The notes under the pieces are model-generated. The model searched no databases, was not told where the DNA came from, and saw only the letters and a program-made list of their open reading frames with translations. The position numbers and the translations under genes are program-made. This document shows positions 47,431 through 57,815 of a stretch of DNA of 64,000 nucleotides, piece after piece. The DNA comes from a virus, in IMG/VR virus record IMGVR_UViG_3300044957_000346, positions 1-64,000 of that record. The stretch is one strand, 5' to 3'. Within the stretch, counting starts at the first letter, position 1. Each line of letters opens with the position of its first letter.

Positions 47431-48561
47431 ATGAATACTTGGAAACTTAACGAAAACCACTTCACTTGGTTAGATAGGTTAAAAATTTGCAAGTTTTTTT
47501 TAAATACTAAAAATTTTTGGACATATGGTAAATATGTTAAAAAGTTTGAAGAAGAGATGACAAAATATGTAGGCGTCAAACATGCGTTATTTGTTTCAAG
47601 TGGGTCAACGGCCAATACAGTATTAGCATATTATTTAGGAACCGTGACGACCAAAAAGAAGATTATATTTCCATCTGTGACTTGGGCAACATCAATTACA
47701 CCATTTGTTAAGTGCGGATTTGAACCAATATTTGTAGATGTGTCATTAAATGATTTATCGGCAAATTTAGATGAAATTGAAACTATACTTCAAAATGACA
47801 AAGATATCGCTTTGATATTTGTCACATCCCTATTGGGTGTATCTCCCGATATTGGTAGATTAAAACAAATAGAAGCTAAGTATGGTGTTAGGGTTATGTT
47901 GGATAATTGCGAAAGTACACTTAGTAGTTATAATGGAAAAAATTTAAGCAGTTATTTCACATCTACTACTAGTACATATTTTGGACATTTGTTACAAAGT
48001 GTAGAAGGCGGATTTGTGTTCACCAACGATGATTCAGAATACGAAATGTTCAATATGATTCGAAATCATGGTATGTACAGACATTTGGAGCCAAACAGAA
48101 CCGAAAAGTATAGAAATAAAGATGTAGATTCTAGGTTTGATTTTTATACCATTGGAAATAATTTTAGAAATAGTGACATTCACGCATTCATAGGATTATT
48201 AGACTTTTCTAGAACCAATAAATATATAAGTCATAGAAAAGATTGTTATCAACACTTTGTTAAGTGTCTTAATAAAGATAGATACTACACCATTGATTTT
48301 AATGATGAAAATATTATGTTTTCGTTGCCTATAATCTGCAAATCATCGTCTGACCTACAATCAATTAAAGATTATTGTGACAAAAACAATATAGAGTATA
48401 GACCGATTGTAGGTGGTAATATTTTGAAACAAACCGCATTTAAAAAATATTCGTATAAATCATATGAAAACGTTGACACCATACATCAATGTGGAATTTA
48501 TATTGGGTTACATTATGGTGTCAACAAATCTCAAATAGAAGAGTTTTGTTCTTCTATTTAA
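47431..48561 (+). CDS. DegT/DnrJ-family PLP enzyme, ColD-like (His in place of the Schiff-base Lys)
   Basis: VSSGSTAN, DNCES, STYFGHLLQSVEGG, RNHG, GNNFR, RPIVGGN. Confidence 0.8.
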   Translation: MNTWKLNENHFTWLDRLKICKFFLNTKNFWTYGKYVKKFEEEMTKYVGVKHALFVSSGSTANTVLAYYLGTVTTKKKIIFPSVTWATSITPFVKCGFEPIFVDVSLNDLSANLDEIETILQNDKDIALIFVTSLLGVSPDIGRLKQIEAKYGVRVMLDNCESTLSSYNGKNLSSYFTSTTSTYFGHLLQSVEGGFVFTNDDSEYEMFNMIRNHGMYRHLEPNRTEKYRNKDVDSRFDFYTIGNNFRNSDIHAFIGLLDFSRTNKYISHRKDCYQHFVKCLNKDRYYTIDFNDENIMFSLPIICKSSSDLQSIKDYCDKNNIEYRPIVGGNILKQTAFKKYSYKSYENVDTIHQCGIYIGLHYGVNKSQIEEFCSSI

Positions 48562-48566
48562 TTACT

Positions 48567-49565
48567 TTATATACGAGTTATACATAATATTTTATCGTCG
48601 GTATCATACACTATTGTGTTGACAACCGAAGTATTGTTTTTATCAGTCAGTTGTATTGAAACTTTAGTGTTCGAATCTATATTTCGGGTCTGATACCAGC
48701 TTCTTGACCCCCTATATTCATCGTACACTAAATTTTCGTTTATATACACTTTTACCTTATACACTTCGGTTGATGTGGTGTTATAATACATTGCATGCAC
48801 CGACCCGGTTACACTTTTTGTCAAAAAAAATGACTGCGTAGCTTGAAAATTTATGTTATTGTGTCTAATATTAAATTCTTCATTTCCATTTAAATACGGA
48901 AAGTCTTCAAGTTTTATTTCATAAATATCATCGTTTTTATGTCTGAAACAATTGTAGAACGCGACCTCTTATATTTTGTGAGTGCCAATATTGTGGGAGT
49001 TTTGTGGTAAATTACAATCGTGGTAGTTATCAGGATATTGTAAATTTTCAATTACAAACTTTATGTTTGCAAAAAAGTTTGTGGTGTGTAACATTTTTTC
49101 ATATGAAAATTCTCCTACTACAGCACACATTTTTTTAACATTTAGAATATCAAAGAAATATTGCAATTGATTTACATTGACTAAAATATCATCTTCTGTG
49201 TAATACGCATTATCGAATCCAAGAAAGTTTGCGGTATTAAATAAAAATTTGATGTTTCTATTGATTATCAAATCTGTTGAATCTTGAAACAAAATGTAGT
49301 CAATATTTGATATATTAAATGTAAAACATGCGACACCTCCGAGACCGGAACAATATGCATTTCTATAAAATGATGCTGGTTTTATTTCTTTTTCTTTATT
49401 TATAATGATATAATCGACCATCGAATAAATTGATTGTGGAACTTCACATCCAGAACACAAAATTATTGGAATGTTTAATGTTTTAAAACTTAAAATTTGT
49501 TTTTCCAATACTTTTATTTTTTTCTCATTTATTGGATACGAATTTATAAGTATGCATTTTTTCAT
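48567..49565 (-). pseudogene. Glycosylation-island protein broken into two ORFs
   Basis: 48969..49565 (YTEDD) and 48567..48824 appear to be one frameshifted gene. Confidence 0.45.
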
Positions 49566-50374
49566 ATATGTGAGTATATATATCCTTCATTAGAGTGTCT
49601 CATATGGAATAAGTCTATGGTTTTTCTCTTATAGTATATTTCTCCATCAAAGTACGGTGCATTTTGCAATCTTTCTATTAAATTTTGTTGGAATAAAAAT
49701 CCTAATTTTGGATTGTCTAATGTGAGACGACCGTGAATTTCGACGCTGATATTTTTTATTTTGGATAAATTTTCGTCACTTATTCCCTCAAATACATTAT
49801 ATTCGTGTCCTTCAACATCCACCTTTAGAAAATCAACAGTATCTAAAAGTTTTTGGTCAAATAAATAATTTAGAGTTACACAGTATGTGAGAGAATCGTC
49901 TTTTTTACGATATTTATCATCTTGCAAATTATTTTCTTTGCTCCAAACGGTGTTTAAATTTTTGAACCCAACTTCATCGCTTATTGCAAATTGATATAAC
50001 GATGAATTTGGAATATTGTTCATTAAGAATGCTTTGCTTTCTTTTGAAGACGGCTCAAATGCTATAATCTTTTTTGCTCCTCTCTGATAAGCAAAATAAG
50101 AAGTTAATCCACAGCTTGCACCTATATCTACAAACACATTGCACGAATTATCTATAATACAACCCCCAGCTTCTATTAATGAGTTTCCAGATGTTAAGAA
50201 TTGTGAATCGTGATATTTCGAAAAGTCAAATGCTTCCAAATAAGTGTAACATGCTTTTGGATATTGTCCACATCTAATATTATCATAATTATATACATTT
50301 GGCTCAAAATGATACAATGTGGGATCATTGTGATAGCCGTCTACATAACAATAAAATGGAAATTTTTGTGTCAA
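49562..50374 (-). CDS. FkbM-family methyltransferase
   Basis: VDIGASCG, AFEP, LKVDVEGHE, VEIH. Confidence 0.85.
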   Translation of the reverse strand: MTQKFPFYCYVDGYHNDPTLYHFEPNVYNYDNIRCGQYPKACYTYLEAFDFSKYHDSQFLTSGNSLIEAGGCIIDNSCNVFVDIGASCGLTSYFAYQRGAKKIIAFEPSSKESKAFLMNNIPNSSLYQFAISDEVGFKNLNTVWSKENNLQDDKYRKKDDSLTYCVTLNYLFDQKLLDTVDFLKVDVEGHEYNVFEGISDENLSKIKNISVEIHGRLTLDNPKLGFLFQQNLIERLQNAPYFDGEIYYKRKTIDLFHMRHSNEGYIYSHI

Positions 50375-50877
50375 AAGTCTAAATATAGTTGGTTTGTATT
50401 TTCCGTTTTGGTATTTGATAATAATTTTCTAAGTTCGTCGTCATCAACAAAATTATAATTTTTTGAATTTTTTGCACCATCAATATGCTGTGTCTTTAAC
50501 CATCCTTTTTTATTGACAACTATATTATCAGTTTTGCCTGTGGATTCACAAATAAACCCAGATATATATTCGGCAAAACTAATTATGGCGTTAGTTCGTT
50601 CGTTACCACCTTCAATATAGAATCTGAGTATAGCAAACTTTTCTTTAACTTGTTTTACTTTGATTTGCTTAACAGGCAAATATTTATCCGGATATTTTTC
50701 CGACCATTTATTTTGTTGGTCAATGTAGTCTTGTAGATAACGACTCAACCAAAGTATAAGTCTGAACCATCCGTCATTACATTCAAATCCAAAAAGTGTA
50801 AATGGTTCGTTTTGACCACAGCCTTTATACATCTTTGGAAATTTTTTTATCAGATAATTTTGTAAATTTTCGTTCAT
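50371..50877 (-). CDS. Conserved phage protein
   Basis: FECNDGW..QVKEKF..LRFY..CE.TG family motif. Confidence 0.65.
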   Translation of the reverse strand: MNENLQNYLIKKFPKMYKGCGQNEPFTLFGFECNDGWFRLILWLSRYLQDYIDQQNKWSEKYPDKYLPVKQIKVKQVKEKFAILRFYIEGGNERTNAIISFAEYISGFICESTGKTDNIVVNKKGWLKTQHIDGAKNSKNYNFVDDDELRKLLSNTKTENTNQLYLDF

Positions 50878-50964
50878 AACACTCTGTATACTACACTATG
50901 CAATTTTTGTTTATAAATCAAGTTAAATTAAATAGATGCCAAAAAATATTTTCTATTTATAAAT

Positions 50965-51162
50965 ATGAGTCACATTATACCAAAACATGGAATGGTATAC
51001 GGAATAAAATTTCAAATTAAGGATACAAATACAATCCGAATTTGGAAGCCAACAGATATTACATTTTCAGCTTTCAAATATAAATGTGATTTTATAATAA
51101 AATATTTAATAGATGAGGGTTTTTTTAATAAAACTAAATGTAAGGTTGAAGTGGTTACATAA
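50965..51162 (+). CDS. Hypothetical protein
   Basis: YLIDEGF motif; TATTTAT upstream. Confidence 0.5.
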   Translation: MSHIIPKHGMVYGIKFQIKDTNTIRIWKPTDITFSAFKYKCDFIIKYLIDEGFFNKTKCKVEVVT

Positions 51163-51165
51163 TTT

Positions 51166-52201
51166 ATGAGTAATAATGTTATTTTGTTTTTAACCTCGCC
51201 AACATCGTGGGATAGGAGTGAGATGTGTTTATCCAATTTTAAACAGTTGGAAAAACTTGGATATGATATAATTACACTTACAACATCCGATGGACTTCCA
51301 AAGTATATTTATGAAAAATCTAGATTGGTTATTCATGATTATGCAGAACATAAATGTGAAAAAAAACATTATTACAAACATTTTAAAAACGCCGGGGTTT
51401 GGTTATTTTTCCTGGCAATCATTGTCTAACGATTCTTATGCCGAAGCAAGGTTCTTTCATGAAACTCACTTTCCATCACTATTAAGAAATACACGAACTT
51501 TAATAGAAGTTAGTAAATCGTTTGGATATGAAAAGTATTTCTATACAGAAGACGATCATTATATAAACGATGATGATTTTCATCTGGTTGAGTCAAATTT
51601 TAAACTATTAGATTCAAATGATTTGGTCATATACAAATTTGACCCACGCTCACAGAATTCATCTGGAGAATATGTATACTGTTCATATTTACATTTTGGA
51701 AAATGTAATTCTATGCAAAACATTGTGAAAAACTTTCCGTATACATCATATCAATTTATAAAATCTGATCCTTCTATTTTTATGCATTTTTATGAACGTT
51801 TAATAACTACTCTGATCAACGTGCATAAATACGAAGGGTTTAAAGTTTTTGAACACTCGGAGTTAATCACGAATATGTTCAAAAACTCCAAACTAAACAT
51901 GGTGTACTCTTACTGTAACTTACTGGACGATTCTAGATGTAATATTATTTACGATAAAAATAACAATAAAAATGTTTTTTACTACAATTCGACTGGCATA
52001 CCTCAGAGTCTTAATTTAAAAATTCGCATTAATGATTCTATTATTACAGACAAAATCATGCATCCTGGATGCTGGTTTTGTCTGGAGATTGGTGATCAAG
52101 ACTTAAATAATACGGACATTATAATTAATGATAAACTAATTAAGTCGTTCAAAAGTTTAAACATTAATGATGTTGTTTATAACGGAGAAATTAGTTATTA
52201 A
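51166..52201 (+). pseudogene. Glycosylation-island protein with one frameshift near 51390
   Basis: Two overlapping ORFs (51166..51429, 51290..52201); YTEDD motif shared with 48969..49565. Confidence 0.55.
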
Positions 52202-52498
52202 CTCATCAACATTTTTAATATCTGTCAAATTAAATTCGTCATTGCAATTATTGATAATAATTTCGGTATAACCAAATTGTTTCAAAAATTTTAATATTGA
52301 TGTCAAACTGGCAGTCAAACTAGTTTCTTCCTTTATATGAAAAATTTGTTCAAAATCTTTATATATTGTTTTTTTTAAGTCACATTCGTTTGTTACCAAA
52401 AAATGTTTGTATATATACTCACATAAATTTTTATGTTTGAACAAATTGTTTTTATTTGCATCTTTATCTTTGTAGAGTATATGTACAACTGCTTTCAT
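52157..52498 (-). CDS. Hypothetical protein
   Basis: 113-aa ORF coupled to the upstream gene. Confidence 0.45.
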   Translation of the reverse strand: MKAVVHILYKDKDANKNNLFKHKNLCEYIYKHFLVTNECDLKKTIYKDFEQIFHIKEETSLTASLTSILKFLKQFGYTEIIINNCNDEFNLTDIKNVDELITNFSVINNIINV

Positions 52499-53248
52499 TT
52501 ATTTTATTTTATATATAAATTCATTTGACTCTGGTTCAACACCTTTTTGCAAAAAGTTATAACTGTATTCATATCTTCCAATATGCGCTAGTCTAATTGT
52601 GGTGTCACAATATATATCTGTTCCACTGTCTCTAGCACGCTTACAGAACGAAAAGTCTTCGCCAACATAATTATCTTCTATAATCATTGGTAAAAACCAA
52701 GGATGAGCTTTATATTGACCACCCCAAATATTTACTGGTTTAAGATCGAAAGTTTTTGCAATTTTTTCGTATACATTTACACGCGTATACATAAATCCGG
52801 TTGCAGCATACTCAGCTTCATATAAACCGCCTTTGTTGCCGAATATAATTTCTTTAAAATCACTTTTAAATTTTGTGGTGAGAGTAGGCCACCCTTTAAC
52901 ACTATATGCTCCTGTAACGAATGGGAGATTGTAATTTAAAATTTTGTAAACATCTGGAACATAAAAACTAATGTCGCTGTCTATCCAAAACAAATGTTCA
53001 TATCCATTGTCAATTGCTTGTTGTGCCATTACACATCTTCCCTGATCGATAGCGCTAAATCCAAATTTTCTATACACTTTTACACCATCTTTTTCCAGTT
53101 GACGAAGCGACTCATCACATGCTGGCTCTATGTGTGATGCCACAGGAACTAGAATTATTAATTTAGAAAGTTGATCTTTAGTGGGGATGAAATTAATTTC
53201 TTTACGAAAAACGGACGTCGAGTCTGATTTTTTTATAAAATTAAACAT
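52499..53248 (-). CDS. GT2-like glycosyltransferase
   Basis: LFWIDSD, ATGFM, GEDFSFC, LAHIG. Confidence 0.8.
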   Translation of the reverse strand: MFNFIKKSDSTSVFRKEINFIPTKDQLSKLIILVPVASHIEPACDESLRQLEKDGVKVYRKFGFSAIDQGRCVMAQQAIDNGYEHLFWIDSDISFYVPDVYKILNYNLPFVTGAYSVKGWPTLTTKFKSDFKEIIFGNKGGLYEAEYAATGFMYTRVNVYEKIAKTFDLKPVNIWGGQYKAHPWFLPMIIEDNYVGEDFSFCKRARDSGTDIYCDTTIRLAHIGRYEYSYNFLQKGVEPESNEFIYKIK

Positions 53249-53304
53249 AACATATCTTATATATATTTATTGTCGTATCTATATATTATTATATTTAAAG
53301 TTTT

Positions 53305-53838
53305 ATGCAGCAAAATTTAGTTAATATTCCACAACCAGCATTGTTTCCACTCAACGTACATACTATCGTAGAAATACCAAAGGATACAAATGCAAAGTAT
53401 GAATATGATGCTAAATTAAATGTTTTGAGGTTGGATAGATGTCTGATTAGTTCTCTTCAATATCCCGCGAGTTATGGTTTTCTGCCACAAACATTGTCCG
53501 AAGATGGTGACCCAACTGACATTTTAATTTATAATACTGTTCCACTTGTGCCACTTTCACTCGTAACAGTCAAAATTGTTGGAGGGTTAGTTACATATGA
53601 TCGTGGTAAAAGGGATTATAAAATGTTAGGTGTGCCTACCTATAACCCAAATAATTATGAGGATATAGATGATTTAGATCCTATGTTTCTGACTGTGTGT
53701 GAGGACTTTTTCAGACTATACAAAAAAGTTAATAAAAAGCCGAATCCTATCAAAGTAAAAGGGTGGATTCACCATAAGGAAGCTCAAAAGTATATTATTG
53801 ACTGTCATAACAATTTTAAAGTCAATTTTAACAAGTAA
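53305..53838 (+). CDS. ppa: Family I inorganic pyrophosphatase
   Basis: VEIP, KYEYD, LDR, YPASYGF.PQT..EDGDPTD, FF..YK. Confidence 0.93.
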   Translation: MQQNLVNIPQPALFPLNVHTIVEIPKDTNAKYEYDAKLNVLRLDRCLISSLQYPASYGFLPQTLSEDGDPTDILIYNTVPLVPLSLVTVKIVGGLVTYDRGKRDYKMLGVPTYNPNNYEDIDDLDPMFLTVCEDFFRLYKKVNKKPNPIKVKGWIHHKEAQKYIIDCHNNFKVNFNK

Positions 53839-53855
53839 TTATATATTTATATCAT

Positions 53856-54218
53856 ATGTTAGTCACCAATTTACTTACATTACACAACCAGCTTAAAATA
53901 CATCACTGGCAAACAAAAAGTTATGCCGAACATCAAGCACTTGGATCCGCATATGACGAATTCACCGACTTGATAGATGAATTTATTGAAGTCTTGATGG
54001 GTAAGTATGGCAGAGTAAAAAGTGAAAGTGGGTTCAAAATTGAACTGTCTAATTATGAAGATTTATCAACCGTGGACTTTGTAGATAAATATATTGATTA
54101 TTTAATTACCGAAGTACCAAAGGGATTGGAAGTTGAAAAAGATACTGATCTATTAAACATTCGTGACGAAATGTTAGGCACGCTTAATAAACTCAAGTAC
54201 CTATTAACCCTACAATAA
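53856..54218 (+). CDS. Dps/ferritin-like protein
   Basis: HHWQTKSYAEH.AL..YD..D.FIE..G; LNIRDEM..KYLLTL. Confidence 0.8.
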   Translation: MLVTNLLTLHNQLKIHHWQTKSYAEHQALGSAYDEFTDLIDEFIEVLMGKYGRVKSESGFKIELSNYEDLSTVDFVDKYIDYLITEVPKGLEVEKDTDLLNIRDEMLGTLNKLKYLLTLQ

Positions 54219-54219
54219 C

Positions 54220-54588
54220 ATGGATAAGCTTGACAAGTATGCAATAGTTAAATTCATCAAGTTCATACACGATGAATTAAATTTGAATTCCCCATTTAAA
54301 GTAAAATTAGTGACTAATCATGATGTGGATTTAAAAACATATGCATATTATGATCCGAACAGTGGTTTTGTAAAAGTTTATTGTAAAAACCGAGGTTTAG
54401 CCGATGTTTTAAGAAGTATAGCTCACGAATTGATTCATCATTTGCAAAATCAACGTGGTGAGTTGAATCAACCTGTACCTGATATTGGTGGTAAAATTGA
54501 AGACGAAGCTAATAGTGTGGCTGGACAACTTGTGAAAATGTTTGGATATCAAAATCCAAATCTTACAATTTATAATAAAAATTTATAA
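54220..54588 (+). CDS. Zincin-like metallopeptidase domain protein
   Basis: LRSIAHELIHH..Q and EDEAN..AG. Confidence 0.75.
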   Translation: MDKLDKYAIVKFIKFIHDELNLNSPFKVKLVTNHDVDLKTYAYYDPNSGFVKVYCKNRGLADVLRSIAHELIHHLQNQRGELNQPVPDIGGKIEDEANSVAGQLVKMFGYQNPNLTIYNKNL

Positions 54589-54954
54589 ATTGCGGACACT
54601 TTTAAAAAATTTTAAGTTGATATTGTCTGTGTCGTATACTTTTATATCGGAGTCTTTTAATCCAAAAAACCTTTTTGATTTTGTATATAATCTAGTTCCA
54701 ATCTTTTTTCTACGGTATAATTTCTTGACATATACCATAAATTGATAGTTTTTATTGGTTTTTTGAATTATACTCCACCCAACACATTTTGATCCACATT
54801 TTGCAATAAAAACTCTATTCTTTATTGATTTTTCTGGATTGCAACATTCAACATACACGTTGTATATTGCTCCCGTACTGACCATTTTAGCGCACGCTTT
54901 TTCTTCAAATGGCGTTAAGTCTTTAGCTTGTTTGGAATATATTCTAATCCTCAC
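54583..54954 (-). CDS. GNAT acetyltransferase
   Basis: VYVKKLYRRKKIGTRL acetyl-CoA motif; N..FF. Confidence 0.7.
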   Translation of the reverse strand: MRIRIYSKQAKDLTPFEEKACAKMVSTGAIYNVYVECCNPEKSIKNRVFIAKCGSKCVGWSIIQKTNKNYQFMVYVKKLYRRKKIGTRLYTKSKRFFGLKDSDIKVYDTDNINLKFFKSVRNL

Positions 54955-54957
54955 ATA

Positions 54958-55094
54958 TTATAAATATGATTTAACTGTTTGATACAATTCATCGTTGAAT
55001 TGAGTTAATTTAAAAGTGGGAAATTCCATTTCAAAATCTTTAACATCAATTGCATATCTGTACTCGGGCCCTTTACGACCAGTTACATATTCAT
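54958..55094 (-). pseudogene. dTDP-glucose 4,6-dehydratase (RmlB) remnant
   Basis: ATG overlaps the upstream stop; a shifted frame reads YVTGRKGPEYRYAID..L.QTV..Y*, matching the RmlB C-terminal DRxGHDxRYAID. Confidence 0.6.
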
Positions 55095-55957
55095 ACGGTC
55101 CAATTTTTGATACAATAATCTACAGCTTCATACGACGTTTTCATTTTTATCCCAGTTGATAGTAACTTCTCATTACTCATAACGCAATTTGAACGAGAAG
55201 TTTTGACTACATTTTTATAGAACTCATCTTCGTCTACAAATTGGAAATTTTTATCTTTAGCAATGGTATTTTTTAACTTCTCTACAATACCTTTTGTAGT
55301 GATATACCCCCCATTGGTCACATTATATGTACCATATGGTACTTTTTTGGTTAGTGTTTGAATACAAGCACTTACAAACTCTTGTTTATTGCTCACACTG
55401 TTTTCGGCATCTAACAATCGTTCATACTTTAATATTTTGCTTATATAATTTCTAGAATTATCATTTTCTTCAAATGGAATTCTTAATCTCCAAATATAAT
55501 TCTTTTCCCACTTGGATATGATTTGTTCAGCAATTGCTTTTGTACCGCTATAAAAACTGCTGTTGTTATACTTAAAATTTAAATTTGGTTCGTCCTCTTC
55601 AGTGAATGGTTTGCCGTCTAATCTTCTTCCATCATATATACAACCACTTGATACATGACCTAATGGAATATCGTTCAACATACACCAATCGGTTAGTATT
55701 TGTGGCCAAATAATATTACCGTGTATTGTATCTTCTTTATTAAGTTCACACGCATCAACATTTGGTTTTCCAGTATAACCCGCCGCGTTTATTACACCAC
55801 CGATTAGTGGATAACCGGCTTCTTCGTACCATTTTTCTAAATCAACGAATGTGGTGGTTTTAGCGTTTGGCCATAAAAAAACAGGAAGTTTAAGTTCGTC
55901 GAGTTGTTTTTTAAATTCTCCGCCAATATAACCTGTTGAGCCAAATAATATTATCAT
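55091..55957 (-). CDS. RmlD-like NDP-4-keto-6-deoxyglucose epimerase/reductase
   Basis: GSTGYIG, AAGYTGKPNVDACE, SSGCIY, YSGTK, RLRIP. Confidence 0.85.
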   Translation of the reverse strand: MIILFGSTGYIGGEFKKQLDELKLPVFLWPNAKTTTFVDLEKWYEEAGYPLIGGVINAAGYTGKPNVDACELNKEDTIHGNIIWPQILTDWCMLNDIPLGHVSSGCIYDGRRLDGKPFTEEDEPNLNFKYNNSSFYSGTKAIAEQIISKWEKNYIWRLRIPFEENDNSRNYISKILKYERLLDAENSVSNKQEFVSACIQTLTKKVPYGTYNVTNGGYITTKGIVEKLKNTIAKDKNFQFVDEDEFYKNVVKTSRSNCVMSNEKLLSTGIKMKTSYEAVDYCIKNWTV

Positions 55958-56796
55958 AGTAGTTTAGTTAAATATTGTTTATATTCGCAATTTGGCAATT
56001 TGTCAATTAAATTTTCGAATTGCGCTTTATTTATTAATTTTCTTTTCAAGCACTCTTCTTCTATACATCCTATTTTTATACCCTGTCTGGATTGTAGTGT
56101 GTAAACATAAGCACTGCTTTGAAACAATGTTTCCGCGCTACCGGCGTCTAACCACGCTGTGCCTCTTGCAAATTTTATAGCAGTTAGATCACCTTTATCA
56201 AGATATATTAAGTTTAAATCAGTTATTTCAAGTTCTCCTCTCGCAGAGGGTTTGAGCGTTTTTGCGTAATTAATAACATTATTATCATAAAAGTATAAAC
56301 CAGGCACCGCATAATTGCTTTTGGGTTGTTTTGGTTTTTCTTCTATACTTAGTACTTTGTTATCTTCACCAAACTCGATAACGCCATATGATGTGGGATT
56401 ATTTACTTCATATCCAAAAATAACTGCGCCTTTAAGGGTCGGTTTGACTCTAGGCGTTCCGTGGAAAATATTATCACCCAATATTAATGCCACATTATCT
56501 TCACCAATAAAATCTTCGGCGATAATAAAACTTTCAGCAATTCCTCTTGGCTTGTACTGAACTTTATAAGTGATTTTCAATCCTAATTGACTGCCGTCTC
56601 CGAATAATTTTTCATATAAAGGTAAATAATTCGGCGAAGAAATTATGCAAAATTCCGTTATTCCACATTTTAGTAAAGTGTAAAGTGGATAATAAATCAT
56701 TGGCTTATCGTAGACAGGCAATAATTGTTTATTTATAGTTGAAGTTAATGGGTAAAGTCGGCTACCAACCCCCCCAGACAAAATTATACCTTTCAT
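55954..56796 (-). CDS. rfbA: Glucose-1-phosphate thymidylyltransferase
   Basis: GIILSGG.GSRLYP, KQLLPVYDKPMIYYP, EEKP, SARGELEITD, WLDAG. Confidence 0.95.
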   Translation of the reverse strand: MKGIILSGGVGSRLYPLTSTINKQLLPVYDKPMIYYPLYTLLKCGITEFCIISSPNYLPLYEKLFGDGSQLGLKITYKVQYKPRGIAESFIIAEDFIGEDNVALILGDNIFHGTPRVKPTLKGAVIFGYEVNNPTSYGVIEFGEDNKVLSIEEKPKQPKSNYAVPGLYFYDNNVINYAKTLKPSARGELEITDLNLIYLDKGDLTAIKFARGTAWLDAGSAETLFQSSAYVYTLQSRQGIKIGCIEEECLKRKLINKAQFENLIDKLPNCEYKQYLTKLL

Positions 56797-56874
56797 GTAT
56801 TTATATGTATTTTACGAACATATTTAAAATTTTTTATATATTGACTGAGTGTAAAAATGCGTTACGATGTGATA

Positions 56875-57108
56875 ATGGAAACAGAGCTAACTATTAAAAA
56901 TAAAGTAAAAAACCCAATCTTAATTCAACATGATGATTTAAAGTTTGACGGTAAAAATATTACCATTCCAAGTTATTATGTTGACACTGTGTTGGAGTAT
57001 TTAAAAGATTGGAAACTGGATGGAGTTCCACAGGTTGATATTGAGGACTATCAATCATTTCGTAATTTTTTATATGATATCCAGGAATATAAAAATCGAG
57101 GAAACTAA
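56875..57108 (+). CDS. Hypothetical protein
   Basis: Behind TTGACT-N16-TACGAT (56841-56868); likely start 56875. Confidence 0.5.
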   Translation: METELTIKNKVKNPILIQHDDLKFDGKNITIPSYYVDTVLEYLKDWKLDGVPQVDIEDYQSFRNFLYDIQEYKNRGN

Positions 57109-57812
57109 TGACAATGAAAGAAATACTGATATTCAGCCACAATTATCTAATAAATAACTGGTACGATGTTGTAAGTGAGCAGCTAATATTGTTAGTAAAA
57201 AGTGAGTTGTATGAAAATTCCACGACAATATATTATTGTGGATATGGGGATGATGAACTTCAGATTCATAAATTTGTGAGTCTCTTAAAAAAGACTGACA
57301 TTAAGAAAAAAATTTACATTTTAATTTTTCCCTATAACGACCGGGAAAAAAGTACAATTTCATTTCTGCAACGGATTTGCAAATCTCATAACAATGCTTA
57401 TGTCTTATATTATCATACAAAAGGAGTTTACTCCGCATGTGTAGAAAATTCAAAAAATGCTAAAACTGTAAATTCTTGGCGGGATGTTTTAAATTATTTT
57501 AATATTGAAAACTGGAAAAAATCTATAAGCGCTTTAGATAGTCACGATATTTGTGGAGTATTATATGCAAATTGGCACATAAGTGGTGTAAATGGAGATC
57601 CTGATAGGTTCTCACATTTTTACGCTGGAAATTTTTGGTGGACAACTTCAAATTACATCAATAAATTGCCAGATGCCAATTTGATGAATAATTATAATGA
57701 CATGGAAACGTTTATAACATCAATACCTCATCGTTGGGCCAATGGGGAAGTGCAATGCGCTGGCAATATATATAATATTTATTTCGACCCAAAAGAATAT
57801 AGAAAGAATTAA
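57108..57812 (+). CDS. Glycosylation-associated protein
   Basis: LYYHTKG, WR, YAGNFWW..YI..LP family motif. Confidence 0.6.
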   Translation: MTMKEILIFSHNYLINNWYDVVSEQLILLVKSELYENSTTIYYCGYGDDELQIHKFVSLLKKTDIKKKIYILIFPYNDREKSTISFLQRICKSHNNAYVLYYHTKGVYSACVENSKNAKTVNSWRDVLNYFNIENWKKSISALDSHDICGVLYANWHISGVNGDPDRFSHFYAGNFWWTTSNYINKLPDANLMNNYNDMETFITSIPHRWANGEVQCAGNIYNIYFDPKEYRKN

Positions 57813-57815
57813 TTT

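Noticed and set aside
13436-52201. All frameshifts being homopolymer sequencing errors
   Set aside because: Not fully excluded, but the indels fall in endonuclease and accessory genes while polB, iscU, helicase, gmd and glf with similar A-runs are intact.
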